A stretch of 64,000 nucleotides of DNA from Camelus dromedarius. Taxonomy: Eukaryota. Positions 11,301 through 24,617 of the stretch are shown piece after piece (position 1 is the stretch's first letter; each line of letters opens with the position of its first letter). The position numbers and the translations under genes are program-made. Below the pieces are notes generated by a model. That model was not told where the DNA came from. It saw only the letters and a list, made by a program, of their open reading frames with translations, and did no database searches. The stretch spans positions 103,108,001-103,172,000 of the forward strand of contig NC_087472.1 in the NCBI RefSeq assembly GCF_036321535.1, read 5' to 3'.

Positions 11301-14300
11301 GGTTTAATTTAACACTGAAATATGTAAAGATTTCATTTATAGGTTCCATTTACATTTATGGACTGCTACATCTTTTCAATATAATATATAGTCCAGATTA
11401 TAAATGACCAGCTGGAAATGAATCAAAAGTAGGGTGGGGGAAAAAAAACCTAAAAACTGTGAAACAAGGACACGTGTTCAAAAACACATAAGTGGCTATA
11501 AAAATCACCTCTGTGATTCACCCAAATTACTTTTACTCGGTAACCAGAGATAACCCACAGCAAAGCTTATGGGATATCACTATATAATTTAATTTCCTTA
11601 ACAAAAACCAAATCTGTTAACATCTATTAAGGTAATTGAGTTTTTGCCTGGAAACAGAATTGAGCATACCCTGCAGACAAAACACTTTTGAATTTTCTGC
11701 TGATTTCCCTGTCTGCCTTGGGAATTTGATGGTTTCTTAAGAGGAATAGTTTAAGTGACCAGAATTGGTATATATAGACTTTACATTGTACATATAGCCT
11801 TTTTTGTTTTTCTTTTGTATCCTATTAACCTTAAAGAATTTACTTAATAAAGATATTCAGAGTTTGAATATTTGAAATTCAGTGATTTCCAAGAAATCTT
11901 TTATGTTTGGAAAATGCTGATTAAATTTAGGACATTTCAAGTATGATCCAAATGGAAGACCAGGGCAAATACAATTACTCTAAAATATGCCTAAAACTAT
12001 TTGTTTACAGTCTATTACAGTCTAAAGTTAGAAATGCTAACTTAATTATCTTGCTTTTTTATTAAAAAAGTAAACTAACTGCCAGAGAAAGTTATTTGTC
12101 CTACTTCATCACTAACAGGTTTTAGAGCAGGATTTTGTAAGATATAGTTAAGTTATCCCCATTATTATTTTTAAGACTAATGTAATAGAAACAGCTCAAT
12201 AGCATAACAGAAAAAGATAGCAGTAGATATGAATAAGTAGTTCACAGATGACAGAAAAAAACAAATGGTCCTTTTATTAAGGGAATGTAAATTAATTAAA
12301 GTATCAGTTAGACCCTCTTTTTGGTTTGTTTCTTGGATTGGCAAAGAATTGCTGCTTATGGGCACTTCAAATTGTATTCCATTTTGGAGGATTAGTTTGG
12401 TGTACACAGTTAAATGTGTACACCTTTTGCCCCATTAGTTATACTTCAAGGAATTATGTCCATTAGAAATGTACAGGTGCACCAAGATGCATGCTCAGGA
12501 TAATGTTAAGCTATTGGAACTTACCCAAATGTCCATCAGTGGGAAATAGGTTAAGAAAATTCCAGTATAGCCATACAGGAAACCGTTACCTGGCTATAAA
12601 AGAAATGAGGTCAATTTCTGTATAATGATACAAAAAGATACTCAAGGTATATCAAGTAAGAAAAGATCTAGGAGCAGGACATTTACTTAATGGTGTTACC
12701 TCTGAAGATGTTTGAGGTTTCCCCTACCCCATTTTCTAGAAGTGTAAAACATGTATTTGAAGTATAAATTTTTTAAAATTTATAAATGTTTTAAAATGAT
12801 AAAATGCTGTGTCAGTGGAAGATTCTACATTGTGTTGCTCCTTTTGGTGAAACTAGAGTAGAATTTGCTGAAAAGAAAGTTTCAGCAGGTAAACTGAAGC
12901 ACTGGTGTGCCCTCAGGCCATTCTAGACACTCATCTGGAGCAACCATATTGTTCTTGCCATTCACTGCTAACTTAATGTAAAAAAATAACTCAACTTTCC
13001 TAGTGTCTCACAAGTGCTCATGAATAAGACACCATGAGCCCTGTCATCTAAAAGACACCTTATAAAAGTTCCTTCAGTTCTTTTCTTTTTATTCATTGCT
13101 AAAAATAGATCTTAGTGAGTTTGGATACTCTGTGGCCCTTTGGTCTTTAGCTCAAGGAATAGGGTTCCAGACTTGAGAGGAAGGATTTTGCCACAGTAAT
13201 TCAGTGAGGCAATAAAGAGGACCATTGTATTAGAACATGAAGGACAATGGATATTACTTTGTAGTGCAAAGAACAAGTGAAGTCCCTTTACAAGAAAAAC
13301 TGGAATAGAGCAGTAACTTCAAATTACACTTACATATATTTATTAAATGTACATTTTTTTTCTTTGACCACAATGTGTACTAGAAAGAGAAAATCAGGAG
13401 ACTAGGTTTTCAATTTTGGATCCAGTACCACTAATGCTATTTAAGCCTTTCTCATCTCAGCAAGACTTAAACCTTCAGGTAATTGCTTGCTTACCAGTTT
13501 TTTTGTAGTTTACCAGATCAGTTTACTTTTGAGTCATCAGCCTAGTAGAGTGAGTGGGAATTTTTAAGGCAATGAGGTTTGTCTTTTCCTAGGAACGTAG
13601 GCGGTTTAGGAACAGGTGTGACTTAATTCCTCTCTGCTGTGTTTGTTATCCTAACCTTCCCACTACATCTGGTCCTTTTTTTAGGGAATCGAAAAAGATT
13701 ATTCTTAGTATGGAGGAAAGTTGAACATGCATGTAGACTAAAAGAGAAGGAGCTAGTGCAGAGCATGATGAAAAACAGGAATAGAATAAAGGGGAAAGTA
13801 TATTGGGAGGGTGAATAGAAATGGAATCAAAAGCATTGGTTTTCTTCCTCTGTATGAGGAGATAACAGATTAGTGCTGTAGTGGTTTTTTTTTGTTTTTG
13901 TTTTTGTTTTTTTCCCCTCATGAGTTGGATGAGCAGAATTGAAAATTGTTTTCTTGGCTTTGAGAATCTACATTAGAGGAGAGCTGCTGTGGGGACTAAG
14001 GAGAAAGAAGGGGTAGATAACTTGAAAATGTTGAGGGTTTGGAACAGACTGACTTAACTGGGAGCAAATCAGTGATTTGCCCAGGACTGAAGGCCCATTT
14101 CAGATGGAAAATAATATCTAATCTTTATTCAGAAAATAAGTCTTCAAAGAATCTGTACTAAGGGCAGTTTGTGGTTTGTATTCATGTAATACAACCAGAT
14201 TAAAAATTTTTTCTCACTATTTTCACTCTGGCCTTTATTCCCACATAATCACTGACGTTTCAGTGCATTAAACTCAATTTGCTAGGTAAAAGAAGACAGT

Positions 14301-15152
14301 AGGTCTAGTTCTGCACTGGTCCTTTGTGTGTATTTTAACAGACTTACTCTCACCCTCCCCAATTTTTAATTACTATAATTATTCCATGACTCATAAGATG
14401 TACTGGTGGAATACCGGAGTTATATTTAATCTACTATAATGTTTTCCTTGTACATAAGAGAAAAAATAACTTTGTTAATTATGAGTGTATCTATCATTTA
14501 GCTAAAAAATCAACCTTAATATTAAGTGGCCATTAAGACATTTATAGCACAATTTTTTCAGAATCTAGCAGTTTAAACTGGGGAATTATTTTAAATATGT
14601 TATAGCAACTTAAAAGTGGTAAAAGAATACATTTATTTTTGTGCATTTTAGGGTTTGTTTTCTTCTTGAAGGATGTTTTTCCAAGGAAGAGGATTTTTTT
14701 TTACCTATGGAGAGTATTCTTCACAATTGATTGGATGCTAATTTCTTGTTTAAGTACAGTAATAAGGATCATTGCTGTAAAGAATAGTTTGGCTGGTTTA
14801 TCAATCCTTTTCTTTCCTGAAAGTAGTAAAAGGTCTGTCAGAAATGCCTGGGGAAGTCACAGTTGAGAATTGCTCCTATAGAATTGTTTGTTCTCTTTCG
14901 TTTTATAGTCAGTCACCTCTGGGGAGGAACTGCTGTGTACTCAGCCCTATTTGGGAAACTACTTTTCTCTTTTCTTTTAATGGCGTAGGCATAAGCTCTC
15001 CATGGTTGGTTTTTACATGGTGTGGTATAAAATTAAGAGGGAAAACAAAAAGATGAAAAGCTATAGTATAATAATATAAAGGCTCAAAGTACTGGTATTA
15101 TTTAGGTGAAAGGTTATTTGATAGATTTAAGCTTTTCTTGTTCTCTCTCCAG

Positions 15153-15209
15153 AAAACAGAGGCTATGTATCACAGCAAGAGTTTCATTGGGTCTAAGAAA
15201 GCGTACTAG
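15153..15209 (+). CDS. AP1S2: Candidate AP1S2 alternative last exon B: KTEAMYHSKSFIGSKKAY*
   Basis: Strong acceptor cttttcttgttctctctccag|; phase-0 frame to TAG; ATTAAA 15328, AATAAA 15783; resembles an AP1S2 isoform tail recalled from memory. Confidence 0.72.
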   Translation, partial: KTEAMYHSKSFIGSKKAY

Positions 15210-16691
15210 AATACGTGCTGGAGTACTGACATGCATCAAAATGTAGTAGGACATATATTCATTTTGTAATTATAATTTTGTCAAGTTTGTTACTTATATT
15301 TTAGCATTACCTGAAAAGTTTAACTACATTAAATCCCAAGGGATAGTCTCCAGTTATTTCATTTAACTGATATTTTCATAGGGAATTTTGCTCTGATAAT
15401 GATCTATCATTGGGGCTTATAATTTATTTTTTTACATAGAGAATATTGAAATAGGTTAAGAGTTAATTGACAAAAAAAAAAGTACTATTAATGCCATTGA
15501 ACAGAAACAGAATTCCCTCATGAAAATGAAGCATTTAGGGGTTTAATTTATTATTAATACTATTTTAGCTTGCTGCTTCATTCCACAACATTCTAAGTGG
15601 AGGAAGAAAGGCAATTAATTTTATCTTTAAACTGTTTAGGAATTATCTGAGGATTAAGATTTAACTGGCTTTTTTTCCTCAGATACTTTTGTATTTAATG
15701 GTTATTATATAAGTATCTGTTACATATTTTATTGAAATAGTTTACATGGCTTTGTAGCCTAACATTTCAGAGTGCCAAGTTGAATAAATATTAAAATGAG
15801 GATATCTTATAAGCCCTCAAATAAGCAGTTTTAAACTTTTTTGAGTCATAAGGCTTTTGGCAAGGTATAATCCTTTTAAGAGTCTGAAGGGCCATGGGCC
15901 CTCTTCTCAGGAAAATCTGTACATCATTTTACCTCTAATTTCAGGGAGTTCTTGGAGTCCCTAGAAATTCATCTCTGCTGTACACTCTAGGATCAGTTTA
16001 AAATCTCACTTCAGGTTACCTTGTTGATGTGAGAAACATCTTTTTAGGTACATTTGTAGACATAGACATTTAACATCTATTTGGAGAATCCTTTAAAATC
16101 TGTCATGAAGATTATTTAAAAAGTAATATCCTTAGTCACAGAGGTATAGTCTTGAGATTTTTTTTTTCTTAACTAAGTGAACCATTAAAAACCTCCATTG
16201 CTACTTAAAATACTAAATGGGTGACTACTCTTCCATTTTTTCCTTTAGGATCTGTAAAAGAGTTAATGGTCACCTTAGGATGTAATGATTTTCATTAAGG
16301 GATTGACATTCCTTTGCTTTGTGTAATAAAATGCTGATGAACTTGAACACTGGTGGGAAGGAGTATTCTAACTGGATTTTCAGTTAACTCAGTATTGACC
16401 AAATAATTTACACTGAAAAGTCTTTTCAGTTTATTAGTAAACACAGTACTTTAGGATTTTCTAGGACATAGGCCATCATTTTGGTTACCATTATATACAG
16501 TAAAGTTATAAAAAATGAGTCTGAACTCTGGGGCATCATTTAAAAGTTAAATGTACCATAAACCAATATTCTAAAAACAAACTTCTAAGTTTCAATTAAG
16601 TTTTCTTTACTGCGTACTAAACATTCTAGAAATCTGATTGTGTCTGTGTCAGTTTGTATACTGTGTAAGAATATATGCATTTCTTTTGTAG

Positions 16692-16727
16692 CCACGTCAT
16701 GAATATTTTAATGTCCCTGTGTACTAA
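16692..16727 (+). CDS. AP1S2: Candidate AP1S2 alternative last exon C: PRHEYFNVPVY*
   Basis: Acceptor gcatttcttttgtag|; phase-0 frame to TAA; AATAAA 17626 and 18135; resembles an AP1S2 isoform tail recalled from memory. Confidence 0.72.
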   Translation, partial: PRHEYFNVPVY

Positions 16728-19700
16728 ATGACTACTCATCGTGTGTGCAGAATTTCACAGAGGAAATAGAGAGCTGATATGCTTATGAAAGAAAATATCC
16801 TCAGCTTGGTGACTGATTACTTTATATAGTAATAATAGAACATTTCAGAACCAGTACTTTTACAATTGTAACATTTTTCCTGTTTCTATCCTCTTTTCTA
16901 TTTTATTTTCATTCTATATGTGATCTTGATACAACTTTTTCCTGCTTACAACTGGTTTAATTTTTCTTGAAAAAATATGACCTATGACTTTTGAGTAATG
17001 TTTCATCTAAAACACATACATGTCATCATTTATGAACTATCTGTGATTAATCTTGTAAGAGGAAAACCTAACAGTCATTAAAATATTTACCAAAGAAAAT
17101 ATAGCTGAAATGCTAGGTCAAAATAAGCAGTGCCATAGTGTATAGCATGGTTTGGTCTTCACATGTTGAGGGGGCAGTACTATGTTTAGGGTGATTATAT
17201 TACAGTCTGTATGAGCTGTTGTTTTCTAATGTATCACATAAAAGTGTATTTGGAAATAATACAAGAAAGTAAAATCTGTACTATTATACACTATTTAATG
17301 TAAAACATTCACAATTTTTAAGGAATTTGTAATACCACATGTATTGAATCACACTTGTGCTATATACAACGGTATCAAACAGTCTCTTTAAGAACTATCA
17401 GAAAGCTATGTCAGGAAAGTCTATTCAATAGTGAGTAACCCTTTCAGAGTATTAATATGGAGTTTATTTTCTATAGTTCAAATTCTAATATTGTTTAAAT
17501 ACCAATATTTTATTAGTTATGGTTTTATAATTGCCTTCATTTAGATACTTAATGATTTGTTAAATATGGTTTTATATTTCTGAATATTAAAACTTTTAAT
17601 ATTGATCATTTTTGTGTATACTTTTAATAAAACATGCAACATATTTTATTATAAAGGGGAAAGGATGAAATAATTCATTGTTTATATCTAGAGAGCTTAA
17701 AGCCTGAGTTAAGTAAGCTACCATTAAACAGTAAATTCAACAGATGCTCACACTGGTTTACCACTAAAAGAAGACATGTGAAAATGTGTATTAGGCAGGT
17801 ATGCAGATCAGTTATTTCCATTCTTACCATTCTCACTGTACTGCATTACATTTGAAGCACCTGGATGGGCTATCAAATGAGAAATTTAGCATTATACGTT
17901 GAAAGCATTGGGAAACATTGGTCTTCATTTCCATTTTTTCCCTCTACCCCTCCCCCAGCCCTTCAACTTGTCATTCATCTGGTTTTAATGGTGCATAAAT
18001 ATACATTGTCTCATGCCTGTTTGCTTTGGATGCTATGTGCCAAGCTGTAACAAAATGTTGCTTCTTTTGTTATCTGTATACAGCTGCTTGCTTTAAATTA
18101 GTAGATTCTGAAATAGCTTTCCTTGCATGTCTAAAATAAAAGTATTGCATGTACTGTCTCATGTGAATGACTTTTTTATCCTTTTGATAAAAAATAGATT
18201 TCATAGTTTAGTTTTTACAGGTAATTTTAAAAAGTTGTGGTTAAAAAATAACAAAATTTATTAGCTTAAGCATTTTTAAGTGTACAATTCAGTGATGTTA
18301 AGTATATTCACATTGGTGTGCAACAGATCTCCAGAAGTTTTTCATCTTGCAAAACAAAGTCTGTACCCATTATAAACAACTACTCCTTACTTCCCCTCCC
18401 CTCAGCCTTTGGTAACCACCTTTTACTTTATGTTTCTATAAATTTGACTACTTTATATAATAGTTTTTCTAGGTAATTTTGAGCTACAGTTTGAGTGTGA
18501 ATATGGGAAAATTAATTTTATATTATAAATACAATTGGTAAAAAAATTCAAATGTACTATTTGTGCAAGTCTCAAAGGAATAAAATGTGTAAGTGATACT
18601 TTCAATCTAAGCCTTTTAGAAAGGACAGATTTTTGAAATAATGCATATTTGATAAGCAACACGGTTCTCTTCAAGAAATACTATATAAGATTGCAGACAG
18701 TCAGTGCACATAGGGAAAATCTGACCAGCTCCAGGGAATAGGATGGGGGGACATTTTTGCATGGATAAGCTAAGAATATTAACTCAATAGAATTCAATGT
18801 AGGCATCCTTTTAATAGGTACATTAAAGGTTGTATGACATTTTAAAAATTATTTAACATTAAATGGAAATGGTTATTTTTAAATTGTCTCCTTTAATATG
18901 TGTGATTCAGATGTCAGTCTTGCAGTATATTTAATGTTTAAGGCTCAACATAAATGAAAGAGATTGGCTTATATCACTCTTGGGAGTGTTGCATCATTTC
19001 CATGAAACTTTCTTTACAAGCTATATTATGAAAACTCTGAGACATGCAAATAGAATAATATAAGGAACCCTCAGTCACTCAGTTTCAACAACCATCAACT
19101 CAATACTGCAGTTGTTTCATAAATCACCACCCCACCCTACTCCACCTTTTTTGCCTGAGTATTTTAGAGCAAGCCCTAGACATCCTATCATTTCATCTTT
19201 GATACTTCAGTCTGTATCCCTAAGAGATAAGTGCCACAACCCCCCCCTGCAAAATGACAGTAATTCCTAATATCTTATTCTTGGTTTGTTTTTTTCTAAT
19301 TGTCTGAATAATGCATTTTTATAATCGGTTTGTTAGAACCAGATTCCAAACAAGGCTCACACTGTATCTGGTCTCTAAGTTTCTCTTAATCTTTAACAAC
19401 GCCTCTGCTTTTTCCCTCCCTTACCTTTTTTTTTTTCTTTTTTAACTGAGTCACCTATACATACTGTAGAATTTCCTCCATTCTGTATTTGGCAGATTGT
19501 AATGGTGATGTTTAACTTTTCTTGTCCTCTGGATATATTTAGGTTTGTAGCCTGGTTAGGTTGAGGTTCACTTTAGGGGGGCAAGAATGCTTAATAAAAA
19601 ATAACCTTTTTTCACCAAAGCAACTTTTACCCATTTTTCATTAATATACAAACATACTAAAAGATCATATGGACTTTATATAGAGAGTTAATTTATAGTA

Positions 19701-19975
19701 AGACTAAATACCTTCTTTAAGATTTCAGTTGTGTAATGGATCAGCTAATTTTTTTTTTAGCACTTTCTGTGAATCAGGCTCTAAGCCTATTTCCCTTAGT
19801 CTCTACATACGAAGGTAAGTACTATGATCCTTGTTTCCCAAATAAGGAAACAGACCATGGAGTTTAAACAATTAAGTTCATTCCATGTAGTGCTTTACAT
19901 ACAGTTAAATCTAATGTATGGATTTATGGTTTAATTAATTTTTCTTTTCCTTGTTTTGTGCTGCACCACAATTAG

Positions 19976-19984
19976 GATGCAAAA
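19976..19984 (+). CDS. AP1S2: AP1S2 9-nt microexon GATGCAAAA (DAK)
   Basis: Pyrimidine tract + tgtgctgcaccacaattag| acceptor, perfect |gtaagt donor; frame-preserving; matches the known ...LLQE-DAK-EAETP... isoform. Confidence 0.9.
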
Positions 19985-20841
19985 GTAAGTTATTAGATAC
20001 AAAATTGTTTTCCTTTATCAAAATCTAGTATGCCTTTTAATTACAAACTTGTTGCTAGTAATACCTGAAATTTGACCTATTTGGTCCTTTTTTTATTTTG
20101 TGATGTACAAAATTAGCTAGTTTGGGAATTAAAAAAATTTTTTTTCTGGTATGGCTGCTTTGTTTAGTCTTCTTTGACATTTAAAAATGAGTGTTCATTG
20201 TTACATAGGACAAAAGTGCTTTTTGTCCCAGAGCATTCTTTCTGAATATTGCTTCCACGGAAGGCATTGTTTGCTCTGGGGAGCTCTGGAAAGGGGAGTT
20301 CCTGAAGCCTTGCTGCTGAGGACAGTTAAGTCCAAAACTGAGTAAAAACTCAAGAGAGGAAGACATTTCTGTAAATGCATGTGACTCAAAAGAAAAAAGA
20401 AAAAAGCATGGAAAATAAAAATATGTGAAGAATGGGGAGAACTTAGGAGGTTTTCCCTGCTTTTTGTTTAGGGGAGCTTTTGGATTTTAACAGTAAGATA
20501 ACTTACCTTTCCTGTAGAAATGTTGGTAGCAATGATTTCCTAAATTGCCAGTGGGTTTGCAGTGAGTTTGACTGCTTTTTGTGTTAGCAGCAATGGAGCC
20601 TAGCACGTTGGTAGGTTATCAATAGGTATTTAATGCATGTTGAAAATAACCTCCTGTGGTCTCTGATGTTTGGGACGTAAAATGCTAAATAGACAGTAGC
20701 TCTCAATAGTAAAAGTGCCATACGGCTGAACTACTTGCATTCAGCGTTTTTCAGTGAAACTTGCATGGCCTTCCGTGTCGATTTCACATTCTCAGCCCTC
20801 CCAGGATCTGCTTACCAGAGTCTCACATTTTCCCTCCACAG

Positions 20842-20889
20842 GAAGCTGAAACCCCACGTAGTGTTCTTGAAGAAATCGGACTGACATAA
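20842..20889 (+). CDS. AP1S2: AP1S2 canonical last coding exon: EAETPRSVLEEIGLT*
   Basis: ttttccctccacag| acceptor; recognised sigma-1B C-terminus; TAA at 20887-20889. Confidence 0.96.
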   Translation, partial: EAETPRSVLEEIGLT

Positions 20890-21596
20890 CTCTCCTCCCC
20901 TGTTGATGACTTCTTGTGGCATTTCACACACTGTAGATGATCACTGCCTTCATGTCCATGTTAGCTAATGGTGTAAGATGACGTCTTGTCAGTATTACTG
21001 TTCTGCTAAGCTGCTTCATTCAGGCCTACACAATTTTTTTTTAAAGGGAACTTTGGTTAATCAAGTGATAACAAGGGACTTACATAGGAATTAGAATGAA
21101 TGCAGAAAAAGAAAAGTAACTTTTCTTCCTGTTTTAAAGTTTATAGGTCTCTTTCTCTTAATCTGATTATGTGCATCTATGAAAATGACAAGATCAGGCA
21201 ATTTATTACTTACTGTCTTTGGCAAAAGAAACTTAAATTATGTGAAACCTGATTTTATGAAACCAAAGACCAGTGCCGCATTTCAGTATATATGAGAATA
21301 AAGGGAATTGACATGTCACGTATCAAATGAAGGAAAATTTCACTGTATGTTGAAACTTTAAAGAAAAATAAATTTATACCAAAGACCCTTATTAGAAACT
21401 AAATACTTAAAACAAAGGGAATACGCAAAAGACTAAAATGGAATGATGCTGTTTTACACTAAAAATTGTTTAAAAGACTTCTGAACCTGGGACAGGGAAC
21501 AGAGATCAGCTGTTTCAATAATAGTAAGTATGTTATTTTTAAGGCCAAGGAATATTTGACTCCTGAGATAAATTTTTTGTGGTCATAATCATTTAG

Positions 21597-21628
21597 TCAC
21601 TTAGTTGGATTATCACTTAGTTGGATTA
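21597..21628. repeat. 16-bp perfect tandem duplication in the AP1S2 3' UTR
   Basis: tcacttagttggatta twice. Confidence 0.9.
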
Positions 21629-22370
21629 TTTTTGATGCCCCCAAAATAAAACAGAAATGTTGACTTACCAGGGATTTTTAGTAACAGTTTCTTATGAAAA
21701 GTGTGTTATTCTCTTCACAAAGTGTTGCATAAGTCATTGTTTAAAGCAAGGGTGCTTGTTATAGCCAAATTTATTTTGCTCCCCTATTGCTTCTCTCCAC
21801 TTAGAAATAGAGCAAACTTTAGGGCAGCTTCCTTCCCTTCCACGACACTGTCTACTTATCAGAAGTCATAAACACCACCTTTCATGCGAAAGTTGAGTTG
21901 AATGAGATAAAATGGCATTAGTGGGCCCTATATTTTTTAAGGCTATACAGTTGTTTCAGTGTCACTTTTATACATACTTCTATATATGTAAACATGTCTT
22001 CACAGTTTACACTTTCATTTGTATGCTGGGCTGGATTAAGCTTTGTTGTGATTGTGACCAATATTCAGGCCACGTGAGCATTGTCTTATGACATCGCCAA
22101 TTAGTTATAATAAATGTTCAACGTACACCACTGCAGTGTGTTTTTATCTGTCTCTTTCCAAGTTTGTCAAACTATAAAGAGCTAAAGGAAGAATCTAAAA
22201 AATTTTTTGAGTAAAATGTTGAAAATTCACCTCCATTTGAATGTGGCCATTGTTAAAAGCACACACAAGATAAATGGTGGAAGATTGAAGGAAACTTCGT
22301 GTACTTCAAGCTCATTAAAAAATAATGTGGAGTCCATGCTACTTATCTACACATTTATTTTCAATCAATC

Positions 22371-22376
22371 AATAAA
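22371..22376 (+). terminator. AP1S2: Candidate distal poly(A) signal of AP1S2 (another at 22109-22114)
   Basis: AATAAA about 1.5 kb after the stop, with U-rich sequence downstream. Confidence 0.55.
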
Positions 22377-23819
22377 TGCCGCTTTTAAAACCTTGATGCA
22401 GTTGACTTTTCTACTCTATGAATGAGCAACTTAAATTACTCCAGGTAATCAAAGGTATTCCAAATCAACTGGAGTCTCCCCCATGAACTGGAGGTGCTAG
22501 TACACTTGCTGAAATGAACTGGTATTTGCAAACTAAGGCCTAACATAAGTAGCAAATCAAAACTTTGGTTAACATGATAGTTAAGTGACTGCCCATTAAC
22601 TACAGATAGAAATTCTACATACTAAAATAAGTTTTTTTTTTAAGTATACTCTGATTTCTGGAAAAAGATCTTTATAGGAAAATAAAATAATAAATGGAGG
22701 ATATTTAAGAAGGAGGAAACAACTACCATCAAATGAAGTTGCTAGTCTGCTTAAAAAAGATGTGTGCAAAAAAAAGGGTGTAGATTTCAAGAGCCTCCAA
22801 ACACAGCTATTTATTCACTGAAAACAGGCCTGTGGGCTTCTGCTGGCAATGTAGAGTTGGACTTTTTGAATAATAAATAGTAATCAGGTTATAAGCTTAA
22901 AAAACACAGTAAGTTTATTAAGTTCAAGATGGACATTTATCAGGATAATGAACCAGTCAATGGTTTAAAAACTCTTTCCCTCCATCCCTCCCACAGTGCC
23001 TATTAACACTTGAGGGAAAAGTTACCAATTCAGTTACCCTGAACACAAGCTGGTGTTTAACTCATTTTTCTCCTCTATGATCTTTTAGGATTATTCAGCT
23101 TTGAGTACCACATTTAATTTTGTATATCTTGGCTGTATTTAGGAAAGTATTGAAGTTTTTTTAATTTAGTGATCATTATTCAGCATTAGTGAATCCAGTA
23201 GACAATTACAGAAAAATTTCAACCACTTTTAGACTAAAGCAGGCATTTAAGGTCTGGAACAAATCAATATTTAAAGTAAAATGTATTCTAGACCACATAC
23301 TTCCTTTCTTTTAGATTACAGATTAAAGAAGTCCCATTTTCAACAGATACCACTCAGAAATCCCAATCTTGAAGAAATTCCTTTTCCTATTTCTCTTAAC
23401 CTCAGTATTTTGTGCATCCTTAAGTCCTTACTTCCAAATCTCAAAGTTGCCAAATGCCACATACTCTGAATTTAAAGTATGCCAATAGAAAGGATGTTAC
23501 TAAGAAAATAAATTTATAAGGAAGTATGAGACCATCTTTTTTAATGATCTGAAATCTAAGGATGATATTCTGGCTTAAGCTTTTTTATTTTTGTTAAACA
23601 AGTTTCTCTGACCACTTTTTTTTTTCTAACCAGAATTGCTTTAACACAAGGCATATTCAGTAGCAGTGAATTCTCTAACACGCTATAAAAAAGATGAACA
23701 CCCTTAATGGAAAACCAGCTGAGGGACTGAGAATATGGGGTAGGAGGGAGGGGGAAAAAGTTGACTTTACCGTTTGGTACTTTAAAACTGAAAAAGTGAG
23801 CTTTAAAGTAAAAAAGTTG

Positions 23820-24480
23820 TTCAGCTATTGACATGCAGAAAAATCCAATAGATTATTATAAGGGGCAGGCATCCAAACTTAATGGCCATTAAGTATAGAA
23901 AAAAAGTTTGGCTTAGCCAATATGTACAGAAATTAATAAACACATAAAATTTACCAAACTGGCAAAGATTAATTTGTTGTGGGAACAGCAAAATTTATTG
24001 ATAGAGTAAAATTTTTTTGTAGTCTTTATGGAGGGCTATTTGGAAATACTTCAGTATTCATATCTCTTGACGTAACCTAAGGAAATGATCGGAAATGTGT
24101 GAAAGTATTTAAGACAATCCACCAGAGGATTGTTTATAGCACAGAATTCTTTAATAGTGTAAATTTAAAAATAACTTAAAAATCCAACAAAAGGGATAGG
24201 TTGAATAAACTGGTAGATCTACACTATGCAGTGAGTAAAAATAACTAAGAATAGGGGACAATGATTTGTGTGAAAAAAAGCATATTCAACTGCAGCCATA
24301 TATGATCTTTGTGTGAAAAAAATGTGTACACACCCATAAAAAGAGGGAAAAAAAAGACTTAAAGCAATGTTCCAGTGTTAACTGGTTATCTTTAAGGATC
24401 AGGATTACAAGTAATTTTTGTGTTTTATACATTTTATGTTTCCTACACTAAACACACTGTGATGATCAGAGAATAAAAGT
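23820..24480 (+). mobile_element. Old L1M-type 3' remnant between AP1S2 and ZRSR2
   Basis: Degenerate L1 3'-end motifs; boundaries approximate. Confidence 0.5.
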
Positions 24481-24611
24481 ATTTTTAAATGGGGTTCCAA
24501 GGAACATAGGGTTCTGCCAGACTTGCTAACCCATCTGAGCTCAGAGCCCTCTATCCAAGTATGTAGCAGTCATAATAAATAAGATGTACAATCACTGAGG
24601 AATATAGTAAG

Positions 24612-24617
24612 TTTATT
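24612..24617 (-). terminator. ZRSR2: AATAAA poly(A) signal overlapping the ZRSR2 stop codon
   Basis: Minus strand reads AAA TAA ACT; U/GU-rich sequence follows. Confidence 0.65.

Larger units (their letters stand above)
4586..22400 (+). other. AP1S2: AP1S2 gene, 3' portion (upstream coding exon(s) lie before the window); 3' end approximate
   Basis: GT-AG exons splice in frame to a sigma-1 adaptin sequence ending EAETPRSVLEEIGLT*; AATAAA at 22109 and 22371. Confidence 0.96.

Noticed and set aside
11594..11602. Perfect U12 branch motif TTCCTTAAC
   Set aside because: No acceptor at a suitable distance and no following exon; likely chance in AT-rich DNA
12399..12424. 10-bp inverted repeat (similar short hairpins near 7397 and 34484)
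   Set aside because: Stems this short are expected by chance; no RNA-family features
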